From the NCBI GenBank assembly GCA_018817315.1, contig JAHITV010000035.1:22473-86472 (forward strand): a DNA stretch of 64,000 bases, read 5' to 3'. A model generated the notes under the pieces. The model ran no database searches. It saw only the letters and a program-made list of their open reading frames with translations, and was not told the DNA's origin. Positions 37,257 through 45,951 of this stretch are shown here, piece after piece. The position numbers and the translations under genes were made by a program. Source of the stretch: Patescibacteria group bacterium (lineage in GTDB: Bacteria > Patescibacteriota > Patescibacteriia > UBA1558 > UBA10009). Position 1 is the first letter of the stretch. The number at the start of each line of letters is the position of its first letter.

Positions 37257-37285
37257 TTGACTTTTTGCTAAAATTGGCTTATATT
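37257..37285 (+). promoter_or_regulatory. sigma70-like promoter for tRNA-Ala(GGC)
   Basis: TTGACT (37257-62), 17-bp spacer, TATATT (37280-85). The tRNA 5' end lies 15 nt downstream. Confidence 0.45.
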
Positions 37286-37299
37286 AGTATAAAATTGTA

Positions 37300-37376
37300 G
37301 GGGATATAGCTCAGTTGGCTAGAGCGTCTGCATGGCATGCAGAAGGTCGAGGGTTCAAGCCCCTCTATCTCCACCA
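37300..37376 (+). tRNA. tRNA-Ala (anticodon GGC), CCA encoded
   Basis: Acceptor ggggata/tatctcc with G3-U70. Anticodon stem tctgc/gcaga, loop atGGCat. T-arm gaggg-ttcaagc-ccctc. Confidence 0.85.
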
Positions 37377-37504
37377 CTTGATTCGCCCCTCATTACATTC
37401 GGAGCTTACTCGTGGTCGATGACTAAAATATAAATATAGCAAATAAGTTTTAGAGTGTCCTGAGCTTGCCGAGGGGCAAATAAAATAATTTAAAAAACAA
37501 AGAT

Positions 37505-38416
37505 ATGAAAAAAATTATAATCATCGGTTCTGGTCCAGCTGGTTTAACTGCAGCTATTTATGGAGCAAGAGATAGTTTTGAAATATTAGTTATTGAAGGG
37601 TCTCAACCAGGCGGACAATTAACCACTACTACAATTGTTGAAAATTATCCTGGTTTTGAAGAGGGTGTAAATGGGGTGGAATTAATTCAAAAAATGAAGA
37701 AACAAGCCCAAAAATATGGTGCTTCTTTTATTTCTGAATCAGTAAAATCAGTTAATTTTAGCCAAAAACCTTTTAAAATTGTTACTAATTCTAGTGAATA
37801 TTCAGCCGATGTTGTAATTATTGCTACTGGAGCAAGATCAAGAAGTTTGGAATTGCCTAATGAAAAGGCGTTTTGGGGTAAAGGTATTCATACTTGTGCT
37901 ACTTGTGATGGTTATTTTTATAAAGATAAAAAAGTGATAGTTGTTGGTGGTGGTGATTCAGCCATGGAAGAAGCAGGTTTTTTGGCAAAATTTGCTGAAA
38001 AAGTTATGCTTATACACCGAAAAAATATCTTTACTGCCTCAAAAATTTTACAGGAACGTATTTTAAATAATCCTAAAATTGAGGCGTTTTGGGATACAGA
38101 AATCAAGGAATATCTGGGTAAAGACAGAATAAATGCTGTTAAATTGATTAATAACAAAAATAATCAGGAATCAAAAATGTTAATAGATGGCATATTTATG
38201 GCCATTGGACATATACCTAATACAGAATTCTTAAAAAATCAGCTAAAATTAGGCAAAAATAATTATATTGAGCCGATTAATAATGTTTATACAGAAATAA
38301 AAGGTGTTTTTGTAGCTGGTGATGTGGCTGACTGGAGATATCGTCAAGCGATTACAGCTGCTGGATTTGGTTGTATGGCAGTTTTAGCAGCTGAAAAATA
38401 TTTAGATGAAAGGTAG
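37505..38416 (+). CDS. trxB: thioredoxin-disulfide reductase
   Basis: FAD motif IIIGSGPAGLTAAIYGAR, redox-active CATCDG, NADPH motif VVGGGDSAMEEA. Confidence 0.9.
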   Translation: MKKIIIIGSGPAGLTAAIYGARDSFEILVIEGSQPGGQLTTTTIVENYPGFEEGVNGVELIQKMKKQAQKYGASFISESVKSVNFSQKPFKIVTNSSEYSADVVIIATGARSRSLELPNEKAFWGKGIHTCATCDGYFYKDKKVIVVGGGDSAMEEAGFLAKFAEKVMLIHRKNIFTASKILQERILNNPKIEAFWDTEIKEYLGKDRINAVKLINNKNNQESKMLIDGIFMAIGHIPNTEFLKNQLKLGKNNYIEPINNVYTEIKGVFVAGDVADWRYRQAITAAGFGCMAVLAAEKYLDER

Positions 38417-38493
38417 ATAAGAATTAGAATCTATAAATATTCCAACTAATTCAAATTGTTTTCAGAAACGTCAAATGTTCTCTGGAACGTTAA

Positions 38494-38520
38494 ATGTTCC
38501 ACGTGGAACATTTTTTGTTT
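38494..38520 (+). terminator. intrinsic terminator downstream of trxB (palindrome ATGTTCCACGTGGAACAT + T-run)
   Basis: Perfect 18-bp palindrome followed by TTTTTTGTTTATTTT. A degenerate copy lies 19 nt upstream at 38475-38490. Confidence 0.55.
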
Positions 38521-38661
38521 ATTTTATAATTAAAAATGAGAAATAGTACTAATTTTAGCATAAATTAAGTGTCGCAAAACAGATTATATTTATAAATTAG
38601 ACACTTAACTATAAATGGATTATAATGTATTTACTTCTTTAATTATTAAATTCAAGAAAAT

Positions 38662-38985
38662 ATGGCAGAAGTAAATTTAACTGATCAAAATTTTGAAAAA
38701 GAGGTTTTAAAATCAGATAAACTTGTTTTGGTTGATTTTTTCGCCATTTGGTGTGGCCCCTGCCAAATACAATCTCCTATTATTGAGGAATTAGCAAAAG
38801 AATATAAGGATAAGGTAAAAATTGTAGTGATGGATGTGGATGAAAGTTCTGCTACTGCTGGAAAACTTCAGATTTCCAGTATTCCTACTTTGATTATATT
38901 TAATAAAGGGAAAGAAGCAGAAAGATTAATGGGCTTACAACAAAAACCAGTTCTTAAGGAAAAATTGGATAATTATCTTAAATAA
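38662..38985 (+). CDS. trxA: thioredoxin
   Basis: WCGPCQ active site, 107 aa. Confidence 0.9.
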   Translation: MAEVNLTDQNFEKEVLKSDKLVLVDFFAIWCGPCQIQSPIIEELAKEYKDKVKIVVMDVDESSATAGKLQISSIPTLIIFNKGKEAERLMGLQQKPVLKEKLDNYLK

Positions 38986-39084
38986 TAAATTAACTATAAA
39001 CTTTTAAAATATTGCTAAGATCTAGCAATATTTTAAATAAATCCAGCCCCTGCTTAGCGGGACTGGATAAAAATAAAATTATCA

Positions 39085-40356
39085 ATGACTAATTTATTTC
39101 AAAACAGTGTTAGCCAACTTGAAAAAGTAGCAGAACTCTTAAAGTTAGATAAAAAGACAGTAAAAAAGTTAATTACTCCTCAACGAGTTTTATCTAAGAA
39201 AATTACAGTAACCATGGATGATGGCTCAAGGAAGAAATATGATGCTTATCGGGTACAATTTAATAATGCCAGAGGACCTTTTAAAGGTGGTATTCGTTTT
39301 CATCCTCAAACCGATTTAGATGAAATTAAAACTTTAGCCTTTTTAATGGCCATAAAATGTGCAGTAGTGGATATTCCTATGGGCGGGGCAAAAGGCGGCG
39401 TTACTATTAATCCCAAAAAGTTAAGCATTAAAGAGTTAGAAAATTTATCCAGAAACTGGGTTAAAGTTTTCAAAGATTATCTTGGGCCAACCAAAGATGT
39501 GCCTGCTCCAGATGTTTATACCACACCTCAAATCATGGACTGGATGATGGATGAGTACAGTAAGTTAGTTGGTCGTCATGAGCCGGCAGTAATTACTGGT
39601 AAGTCTTTAAAACAAGGAGGTTCTCAAGGAAGAGACACAGCCACTGCTCAAGGAGCAATGTATGTTTTGGAAGAAGCCGTAAAAAAATTAAAATTGGATC
39701 CCAAAAAAGCCAAAGTTGCTGTGCAGGGTTTTGGCAATGCCGGCTATAACATAGCAGAACTTGTTTATAAAGCCGGTTATAAAATTATTGGCCTTTCTGA
39801 TTCCCAAGGTGGGATTAGCGATTTAAGAAACAGCGGTATGGATCCTAAAAAAGTTTTAAAGACCAAAAAAGCTGAAGGGCAAATTCATAGCTGTTATTGT
39901 ATCGGTACAGTTTGTGATTGCGTCAATTATAAAAAAATCACTAATCAGGAGATTTTAGAATTACCGACTGATATTTTAATTCCGGCGGCACTGGAAAATC
40001 AGATAACAGAAAAAAATGTTCATAAAATAAAAACTAAATTAATTTTGGAAATAGCTAACGGCGCAATTGATCCGTCTGTCAGCGAAATTTTAAAAAGAAA
40101 GAATATTATGGTTATACCAGATATTTTGGCTAATGCCGGCGGTGTAACTGTTTCTTGTTTTGAATGGTATCAAAACAGGCATAAAGAAAATTGGTCAAAA
40201 CAAAAAGTGTTTAAAAAGCTTAAAGAAAAAATGATGAAAAGTTTTAATCATCTTTGGTTGATTAAGGATAATTATAAAACAGATTTAAGAACTGCTGCTT
40301 ATATTTTAGCTGTTGGCCGAATAATTGAAGCAATGAAATCAAAAGGAAGAATATAA
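39085..40356 (+). CDS. gdh: Glu/Leu/Phe/Val dehydrogenase (glutamate dehydrogenase)
   Basis: Catalytic-lysine motif PMGGAKGGVTINPKK and NAD(P) Rossmann motif VQGFGNAGYN. Confidence 0.9.
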   Translation: MTNLFQNSVSQLEKVAELLKLDKKTVKKLITPQRVLSKKITVTMDDGSRKKYDAYRVQFNNARGPFKGGIRFHPQTDLDEIKTLAFLMAIKCAVVDIPMGGAKGGVTINPKKLSIKELENLSRNWVKVFKDYLGPTKDVPAPDVYTTPQIMDWMMDEYSKLVGRHEPAVITGKSLKQGGSQGRDTATAQGAMYVLEEAVKKLKLDPKKAKVAVQGFGNAGYNIAELVYKAGYKIIGLSDSQGGISDLRNSGMDPKKVLKTKKAEGQIHSCYCIGTVCDCVNYKKITNQEILELPTDILIPAALENQITEKNVHKIKTKLILEIANGAIDPSVSEILKRKNIMVIPDILANAGGVTVSCFEWYQNRHKENWSKQKVFKKLKEKMMKSFNHLWLIKDNYKTDLRTAAYILAVGRIIEAMKSKGRI

Positions 40357-40380
40357 TTTAGAATTATTTGTTATTTAGAG

Positions 40381-40406
40381 ATGTTCCACATGGAACATTT
40401 TTGTTT
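40381..40406 (+). terminator. intrinsic terminator downstream of gdh (palindrome ATGTTCCACATGGAACAT + T-run)
   Basis: 18-bp palindrome, one centre change relative to the copy at 38494, followed by TTTTTGTTTTAT. Confidence 0.55.
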
Positions 40407-40418
40407 TATAATTAAATA

Positions 40419-41066
40419 ATGGAATATCCTAAATTCACTTTAGAAAAAAAGCTTTTTCAAGAAGGTTATCAAAATATTGTGAGTATTGATGAAGCAGGCA
40501 GGGGCGCTTTAGCGGGGCCATTAGTGGCAGCGGCAGTGATTTTAAATCAAAAGCAGACATCAATCATCAAAAGTATAAATAATTTAAAAATTAGAGAATC
40601 AAAGTTGTTAACTGAAAATTTAAGAGAAAAGTTATTTGATCAATTATCAGGCAAGTTAAACTGGTCTTTAGGTATAGTCAGCCATAAAGAAATTGATAGA
40701 ATAGGCATTACCAGAGCCAATATCTTAGTGTTTAAAAGAGCTTTAAAAAATTTTAAAAACGAAGTTGATTATTTGTTGCTGGATTATGTTTATGGATTTA
40801 AACATTCTAAACCATACGATTTAATCAAAAAGGGTGACCGAGAAATTTTATCAGTTGCTATAGCTTCAATCCTGGCAAAAGTTTCCCGGGATAGAATAAT
40901 GAGGCAATATCATCAAAAATTTCCTCAATATTTTTTTAATAACCATAAAGGTTATGGTACAAAATTACATCATAGTTGTTTAAAAAAACATGGAGTCTGT
41001 AAAATTCACAGATTAAGTTATGGACAAGTTAATATTTCTTATCAAGATGAAGAATCAACAAACTGA
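40419..41066 (+). CDS. rnhB: ribonuclease HII
   Basis: IVSIDEAGRGALAGPLVAAAVIL active-site DEAGRG motif. Confidence 0.9.
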   Translation: MEYPKFTLEKKLFQEGYQNIVSIDEAGRGALAGPLVAAAVILNQKQTSIIKSINNLKIRESKLLTENLREKLFDQLSGKLNWSLGIVSHKEIDRIGITRANILVFKRALKNFKNEVDYLLLDYVYGFKHSKPYDLIKKGDREILSVAIASILAKVSRDRIMRQYHQKFPQYFFNNHKGYGTKLHHSCLKKHGVCKIHRLSYGQVNISYQDEESTN

Positions 41067-41144
41067 ATAACTTTAAATTGATATTGTAATTAGTCATTGT
41101 TTACTGTTATAATTATAATAAGAAACTTATCATTTCATTAATTT

Positions 41145-41705
41145 ATGAACAATCAACGAATCGCTGGCGGCAATGAATTACTAAACCCAGAACATTTATT
41201 AAAAAATATTTTGAAGATAGCTTACCAATCTAAGGTGGCTGATTTAGGATGCGGTTCCATGGGTTTTTTTACTTTACAAGCAGCTAAACTAATTGGTGAT
41301 AAAGGCACAGTATATGCCGTTGATATATTAAGAGAAGTCCTTTCCAGTATAGAAAGCAGATCAAGACAGGAAGGTTTATATAACATTAAAACTATTTGGT
41401 CTAATTTGGAAATAGTAGGAGCAACTAAGATTCCTCAAGAAAGTCTGGATTATACTATTTTAGTTAATACTTTGTTTCAAACACAAAAACATAGAGAAGT
41501 GTTGGCAGAATCTTTTAATTTATTAAAAGCAGGAGGCAGGCTTTTAGTAGTAGAATGGAAAACTTCTGGCGGTCCTATTGGACCCACGCAAGAGATGCGC
41601 ATCAGTCTTGAAGAAGTTAAACAATTATCCATTGAACTAGGTTTTAAAATAGAAAGAGAATTTGTAGCCGGTGATAATCATTACGGAATTATTTTTATAA
41701 AATAA
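41145..41705 (+). CDS. class I SAM-dependent methyltransferase
   Basis: Motif I VADLGCGSMGFFT, post-I acidic residue, motif IV LKAGGRLLVVEW. Confidence 0.7.
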   Translation: MNNQRIAGGNELLNPEHLLKNILKIAYQSKVADLGCGSMGFFTLQAAKLIGDKGTVYAVDILREVLSSIESRSRQEGLYNIKTIWSNLEIVGATKIPQESLDYTILVNTLFQTQKHREVLAESFNLLKAGGRLLVVEWKTSGGPIGPTQEMRISLEEVKQLSIELGFKIEREFVAGDNHYGIIFIK

Positions 41706-41780
41706 AAATATTATAGATAATAGTCTTTTTTTCTTGACTATTTTTAATTGATTAATTATACTGCTGGATAAATAGATAAA

Positions 41781-42182
41781 ATGTTAGAGAATATTTTAAA
41801 AACTGATTATTGGTTCGCTACTAAACCTTTGGCTTTTAATCCTTTGATTTTAAAGATTCTTTTAGTGGTGTTTATTGTAATCATAATTTTGGCGATAATA
41901 TCTTCACTTTTATTTTTAAAAAAACCAAAGGACAAATTATCCAAAAAAATATGGTCCAAACTTACTAACTGGCTTTATGCTTTTGGAATTGTTAATTTGA
42001 TTTTTGTCTTTTTTAGACAGGAAAGAATTCCTTATTTAAGTATGAGATTGATAATGTTTTTATGGTTATTGGCAAGCTTTATTTGGTTAATATTTATTTT
42101 AAGGTTTATGTTTTTGAAAATTCCAAAAGTAAAGAGAGAACAGACGCAAAAAGAAGAGCTGGAAAAATATCTTCCTAAATAA
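41781..42182 (+). CDS. hypothetical small membrane protein
   Basis: 133 aa with three predicted TM helices and no recognisable motifs. Confidence 0.35.
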   Translation: MLENILKTDYWFATKPLAFNPLILKILLVVFIVIIILAIISSLLFLKKPKDKLSKKIWSKLTNWLYAFGIVNLIFVFFRQERIPYLSMRLIMFLWLLASFIWLIFILRFMFLKIPKVKREQTQKEELEKYLPK

Positions 42183-42269
42183 AATATTTTAAAATATTCA
42201 ATAAAAAACAGGGTTTACAGAAACCTTGTTTTTTAAATAGATAATAATGGATAATCAAAAAAGTTTTGA

Positions 42270-42312
42270 TTAGTAGGATAAAAAAAGGCCGAGGAATTTG
42301 ATGTCTTCCTCG
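42270..42312 (-). terminator. GC-rich intrinsic terminator for the minus-strand repeat-protein gene
   Basis: ggccgaggaa-loop-ttcctcggc (9-bp stem). On the minus strand it is followed by TTTTTTT. Confidence 0.55.
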
Positions 42313-42347
42313 GCATGTAGAGAATGCGATTTTGTTGCAGAAAGTTG

Positions 42348-42917
42348 TTAGTCGCCCTTTTGTTGATCGCGCAATGTTTTTAGGTGGGTGATCACGCCTT
42401 GTTTAGCAAGGTTAAACATCCAGATCATTGTTGAATCTTCGGTAAATATATGGCCATTGAACCTCGCGTTGTTGCAGTTGAAATCCCTAAACGTCGCTCC
42501 TTTGCAGTCGAAATCGTTACAGTGAAACTCCCCATTAAACGTCGCTTCGCTGCATTCGAAAATCCCATTAAACGTCGCTTTGTGGCAGTAAAACTCCCCA
42601 TTAAACGTCGCTTTTTTGCAGTTGAAATCCTCGAACGTCGCTCCGTGGCAGAAGAAGCTTTCATTAAACGTCGCTTCGCCGCAGTCGAAATTTTTTGTGA
42701 ATCGTGCTTTTTGGCAAAGGAAATGTCCTGAAACCTCCAGGTTACCACACGAGAAATCTTTCTCGAAGATGGTATTAGCCAACTCAATACCATGAGCAAA
42801 AGTCATCGAAGAAAGAGAGACATCCTTGGTAACAATCAAATTTTCTGGGAGCTGACCGTTATTCTTTTCCAGGAGTTCAAAGAACTCCTTAGCAGTTATT
42901 CGTTTACTTTCAGACAT
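42348..42917 (-). CDS. Cys/Phe-rich tandem-repeat protein (11-aa repeat xCxxATFNGEF), pentapeptide-repeat-like
   Basis: Start ATG at 42917 has an AGGAAA SD 8 nt upstream; the longer ORF-track start at 43034 is unsupported. Protein carries at least 7 repeats (FDCGEATFNES/FFCHGATFEDF/NCKKATFNGEF/YCHKATFNGIF/ECSEATFNGEF...). The region is visibly more GC-rich than its flanks. Confidence 0.5.
   Translation of the reverse strand: MSESKRITAKEFFELLEKNNGQLPENLIVTKDVSLSSMTFAHGIELANTIFEKDFSCGNLEVSGHFLCQKARFTKNFDCGEATFNESFFCHGATFEDFNCKKATFNGEFYCHKATFNGIFECSEATFNGEFHCNDFDCKGATFRDFNCNNARFNGHIFTEDSTMIWMFNLAKQGVITHLKTLRDQQKGD
42455..42720. repeat. tandem 33-bp imperfect DNA repeats (about 7 units) inside the repeat-protein gene
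   Basis: Repeated unit ccccattaaacgtcgcttNNNNgcagtNgaaatNN, e.g. at 42488, 42535, 42568, 42601, 42634 and 42667. Confidence 0.8.
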
Positions 42918-43072
42918 TGTTTTCCTACTTTCTTTTTTCTTTGTTTTTTTTGTTGCATTTGTCAAAAAATCGATTAATGTATAATAATAGCATATTTTAA
43001 TATTTTTGTCAAGTATTTTAGATATAAATAACAAAACTATTTATATATTTGGCTAATATTAGCTAAAAAATT

Positions 43073-43438
43073 ATGAAAAATAATCAAAAAACAGCTAAAC
43101 TTGGCGAAGATTTAGCTTGCCAGTATTTAATCAGGAAAAAATATCAGATTTTAGGTAGAAATATTAAGTATAGAGAAGGTGAAATTGATATTATTGCCCA
43201 AAAAGACAAGCAACTTATCTTTATAGAAGTAAAAACCCGGACAAATTTTAGATTTGGTTATGGAGAGCAGTCTTTTGATTTAAGGAAGAGGCAAAAATTG
43301 GAAAAAGCCATTTTAAAATATATTTATCAACATAATTATCAGGGTGCATGGCGCGTGGATCTAATAACTATTGAAATCAATAATAAAAAAGCTTGGTTAC
43401 GTCATTATTTATCACAAGAGCTTGGGCATGAATATTAA
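43073..43438 (+). CDS. YraN family (UPF0102) putative endonuclease
   Basis: GEDLACQYLIRKKYQILGRNIKYREGEIDIIAQKD...FIEVKTR, a PD-(D/E)xK core typical of YraN. 121 aa. Confidence 0.75.
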   Translation: MKNNQKTAKLGEDLACQYLIRKKYQILGRNIKYREGEIDIIAQKDKQLIFIEVKTRTNFRFGYGEQSFDLRKRQKLEKAILKYIYQHNYQGAWRVDLITIEINNKKAWLRHYLSQELGHEY

Positions 43439-43504
43439 CTTATTTTCCATAGTTTATACACAATTTTTCATATTGATTTTTAAAATGAATAAAGTTAAGT
43501 TAGA

Positions 43505-44524
43505 GTGGCGAAAATAAGTTTTTATTCTATGTTTAAAAGAATATATTTATTGATTGGTGTAGTTATTTTTGTTTTTTTAGGGATCTTTTTTAAAGCACAA
43601 ACCATCCAAGCAGACGAAGGTCAATGTCATTTAAAACATTGTTTGGTGCCTGCACCAACAATTGTCATGCCGGAGATTAATACAGAAGTGACATCATTTC
43701 GCCCAGCTATTAGAGGTTTAACTTGGAAGACTACGGTTGTTAAAGTTTATTTAGATGGTAAAGAACTTACTAATATAGAACAAAGAAAGCATGAGGATTA
43801 TTATGCCAGTTTTTTTGTGGTACCAGATTATGATTTAACAGCTGGGGAGCATTACCTTTATACTATTGCTCATTCTGAAAAGCCAGGTTGGTATGATCAA
43901 AGTAAAGAGTCTTTATATATTTATTTTAAAGTTGTTCGTCCGCCGACTAAGATTCCAGAAAAAACCGTTTCCCCCAAAGAACCTCAAACTGAAGTTAAAG
44001 AAGAGGTGACGGAATCTGTGAATATAGAAAAAGAGCTGCAAGAGCTTTATCAACAAACCAATAAACTGGAAATTGTTCCCACTACACCTGATTATTCTAT
44101 TTTTGTTAAAGAAAAATCTACGACTATCCTACAACAACAAGAGGCAGCTGGTTTAAGTGATTTAGGGGAAATATTAAAAAAAGAGCTTATTAAAGAAAGT
44201 TATAAAGATAAACAAAAAAAGAATCGCTTTATTGGCTTGGTGATATTAGGTGTTATTTTGGCGATAATAGCTTTACAGAAAATAATTGAAATAAACTTTA
44301 GAATAAAAAAAGATAAAGTAATGGATGATCAAGGAGAATTACCGCCGCCGCCTCAACCGCCCAAAAAAGACAAACTTTCTTTAGAAGATTTAGAAAAGGT
44401 AAAACAAGAAATTTTAGGTGATTATAGTGATTCTGTTGGGGAAAAAATTGATGAAATAATATCAACACCAGAGTCTAAGATTGTTGCCGAAGAAGAATCT
44501 GATGAACAGGATAAGTTAATCTAA
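43505..44524 (+). CDS. hypothetical exported protein with C-terminal TM anchor and acidic tail
   Basis: Signal peptide, about 130-aa beta-rich domain, low-complexity linker, one TM (FIGLVILGVILAIIAL), then a Pro/Glu-rich C-terminus. Confidence 0.35.
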   Translation: MAKISFYSMFKRIYLLIGVVIFVFLGIFFKAQTIQADEGQCHLKHCLVPAPTIVMPEINTEVTSFRPAIRGLTWKTTVVKVYLDGKELTNIEQRKHEDYYASFFVVPDYDLTAGEHYLYTIAHSEKPGWYDQSKESLYIYFKVVRPPTKIPEKTVSPKEPQTEVKEEVTESVNIEKELQELYQQTNKLEIVPTTPDYSIFVKEKSTTILQQQEAAGLSDLGEILKKELIKESYKDKQKKNRFIGLVILGVILAIIALQKIIEINFRIKKDKVMDDQGELPPPPQPPKKDKLSLEDLEKVKQEILGDYSDSVGEKIDEIISTPESKIVAEEESDEQDKLI

Positions 44525-44624
44525 ATACATTCTTGATTTGACTTAATTGATAATTTGTTATATTCTATGATAGTAAGCTAGTGTTAATACACTAGCTTTT
44601 TATGATAATTTAAACTAAAAATAT

Positions 44625-45866
44625 ATGTCTGATTTAGAAACAGCCATCCAACAAATTTGCGATGAAAAAAATATACCCATTGAAGCTGTTTTAGAAACCA
44701 TTGAAACAGCTTTAGCCGCTGCCTACAGGAAAGATTTTGGGCAGAAAAACCAGAACATTAAGGTTAAATTTGATATTGTTACCCAGAATATGGAGGTTTA
44801 TGATGTCAAAACTGTGGTTGAGGATATGGATTTAGAGGAGTTAGAGAAACAACGAGAAGAACTAGAAGCTAAAAAACTCGCCGGTGAAGAAATTGATGAA
44901 TCCCAACTAAAAAGATTTAATCCCAAGACAGAAATCATGCTTACAGAAGCCAAGGAACTTGACCCTAAAGCAGAAATTGATCAGGAAATAAAAACTAAAT
45001 TGGAAGTGCCTACTGAATTTGGCCGAATGGCTGCCCAAACCGCTAAACAAGTTATTATTCAAAAGTTAAGAGAAGCTGAACGTGATATTATTTATAGTGA
45101 GTTCAAGGAAAAAGAAGGACAATTGGTTAATGCAGTAGTGCAGCGCCGTGAAGGCAGAATTGTTTATTTAGATATTGGTCACACTTTAGCTATTTTGCCT
45201 TATGAAGAGCAGGCAACTAATGAAAAATATGTTTCGGGCCAACGTTTAAAAATTATCATAGTTTCGGTGAACTTAACCCCTAAAGGACCAGAAATAATTG
45301 TTTCGCGTGCGCGGTCAGCTTTATTGGAAGAATTATTTAAAGCCGAAGTTCCAGAAATAAATTCAGGTATTGTAGAAATTAAGACCATAGCCAGAGAAGC
45401 AGGTTTACGGTCAAAAATTGCAGTTCTTTCTCATCAGGAAAGTATTGATCCCATTGGTTCTTGCGTGGGTCAGCGCGGTACACGCGTTCAAACAATTATT
45501 AATGAATTAGGAGGTGAAAAAATTGATATTGTTGAATGGAGTGAAGATCCGGAAAAATTTATTATTAATGCTTTGTCACCAGCTAAGGTTACTTCTTTAA
45601 AATTAAATGATGAAAATAATTCAGTTTTAGTTAAAGTTGCCGAAGATCAACTATCTTTAGCTATTGGAAAATCTGGACAGAATGTTCGGCTAGCCGCTAA
45701 ATTAACTAACAGAAAAATTGATATTGAAGGAGTAGAAAAAGTAAAACAAGAGACTGAAACAGAAGCAGAAAAAAGTAAAGAAGAAGAGAAAGACTCTAAA
45801 GATGTTACTAAAAATCAGGATACCCCAAGGATAGATAGCAAAGAAAATAAGGAAAATAAATCCTAA
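44625..45866 (+). CDS. nusA: transcription termination/antitermination factor NusA
   Basis: N-terminal domain, S1 domain and two KH domains (IGSCVGQRGTRVQTIINELGGEKIDIVEW), plus a C-terminal acidic/Lys-rich tail. Confidence 0.9.
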   Translation: MSDLETAIQQICDEKNIPIEAVLETIETALAAAYRKDFGQKNQNIKVKFDIVTQNMEVYDVKTVVEDMDLEELEKQREELEAKKLAGEEIDESQLKRFNPKTEIMLTEAKELDPKAEIDQEIKTKLEVPTEFGRMAAQTAKQVIIQKLREAERDIIYSEFKEKEGQLVNAVVQRREGRIVYLDIGHTLAILPYEEQATNEKYVSGQRLKIIIVSVNLTPKGPEIIVSRARSALLEELFKAEVPEINSGIVEIKTIAREAGLRSKIAVLSHQESIDPIGSCVGQRGTRVQTIINELGGEKIDIVEWSEDPEKFIINALSPAKVTSLKLNDENNSVLVKVAEDQLSLAIGKSGQNVRLAAKLTNRKIDIEGVEKVKQETETEAEKSKEEEKDSKDVTKNQDTPRIDSKENKENKS

Positions 45867-45951
45867 ATTCCGTTCGGCCTGTCTCGATGCCGAATCGACA
45901 CGGAGGTGAGCTCACAGCCGAAGGCTAAACAAATTTTAATAATATAAATTT

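Noticed and set aside
42455-42720. CRISPR array (regular 33-bp repeats).
   Set aside because: Units are contiguous with no unique spacers, lie inside a coding frame with an amino-acid-level repeat, and no cas genes are present.
42425-42799. Alternative frames through the 33-bp tandem repeat (124-aa minus-strand AKRRLMGS-repeat ORF and 93-aa plus-strand IKRRFAAV-repeat ORF).
   Set aside because: Any tandem repeat stays open in several frames. The 190-aa minus-strand frame is preferred because it has an SD plus ATG, unique N- and C-terminal sequence and a downstream intrinsic terminator.
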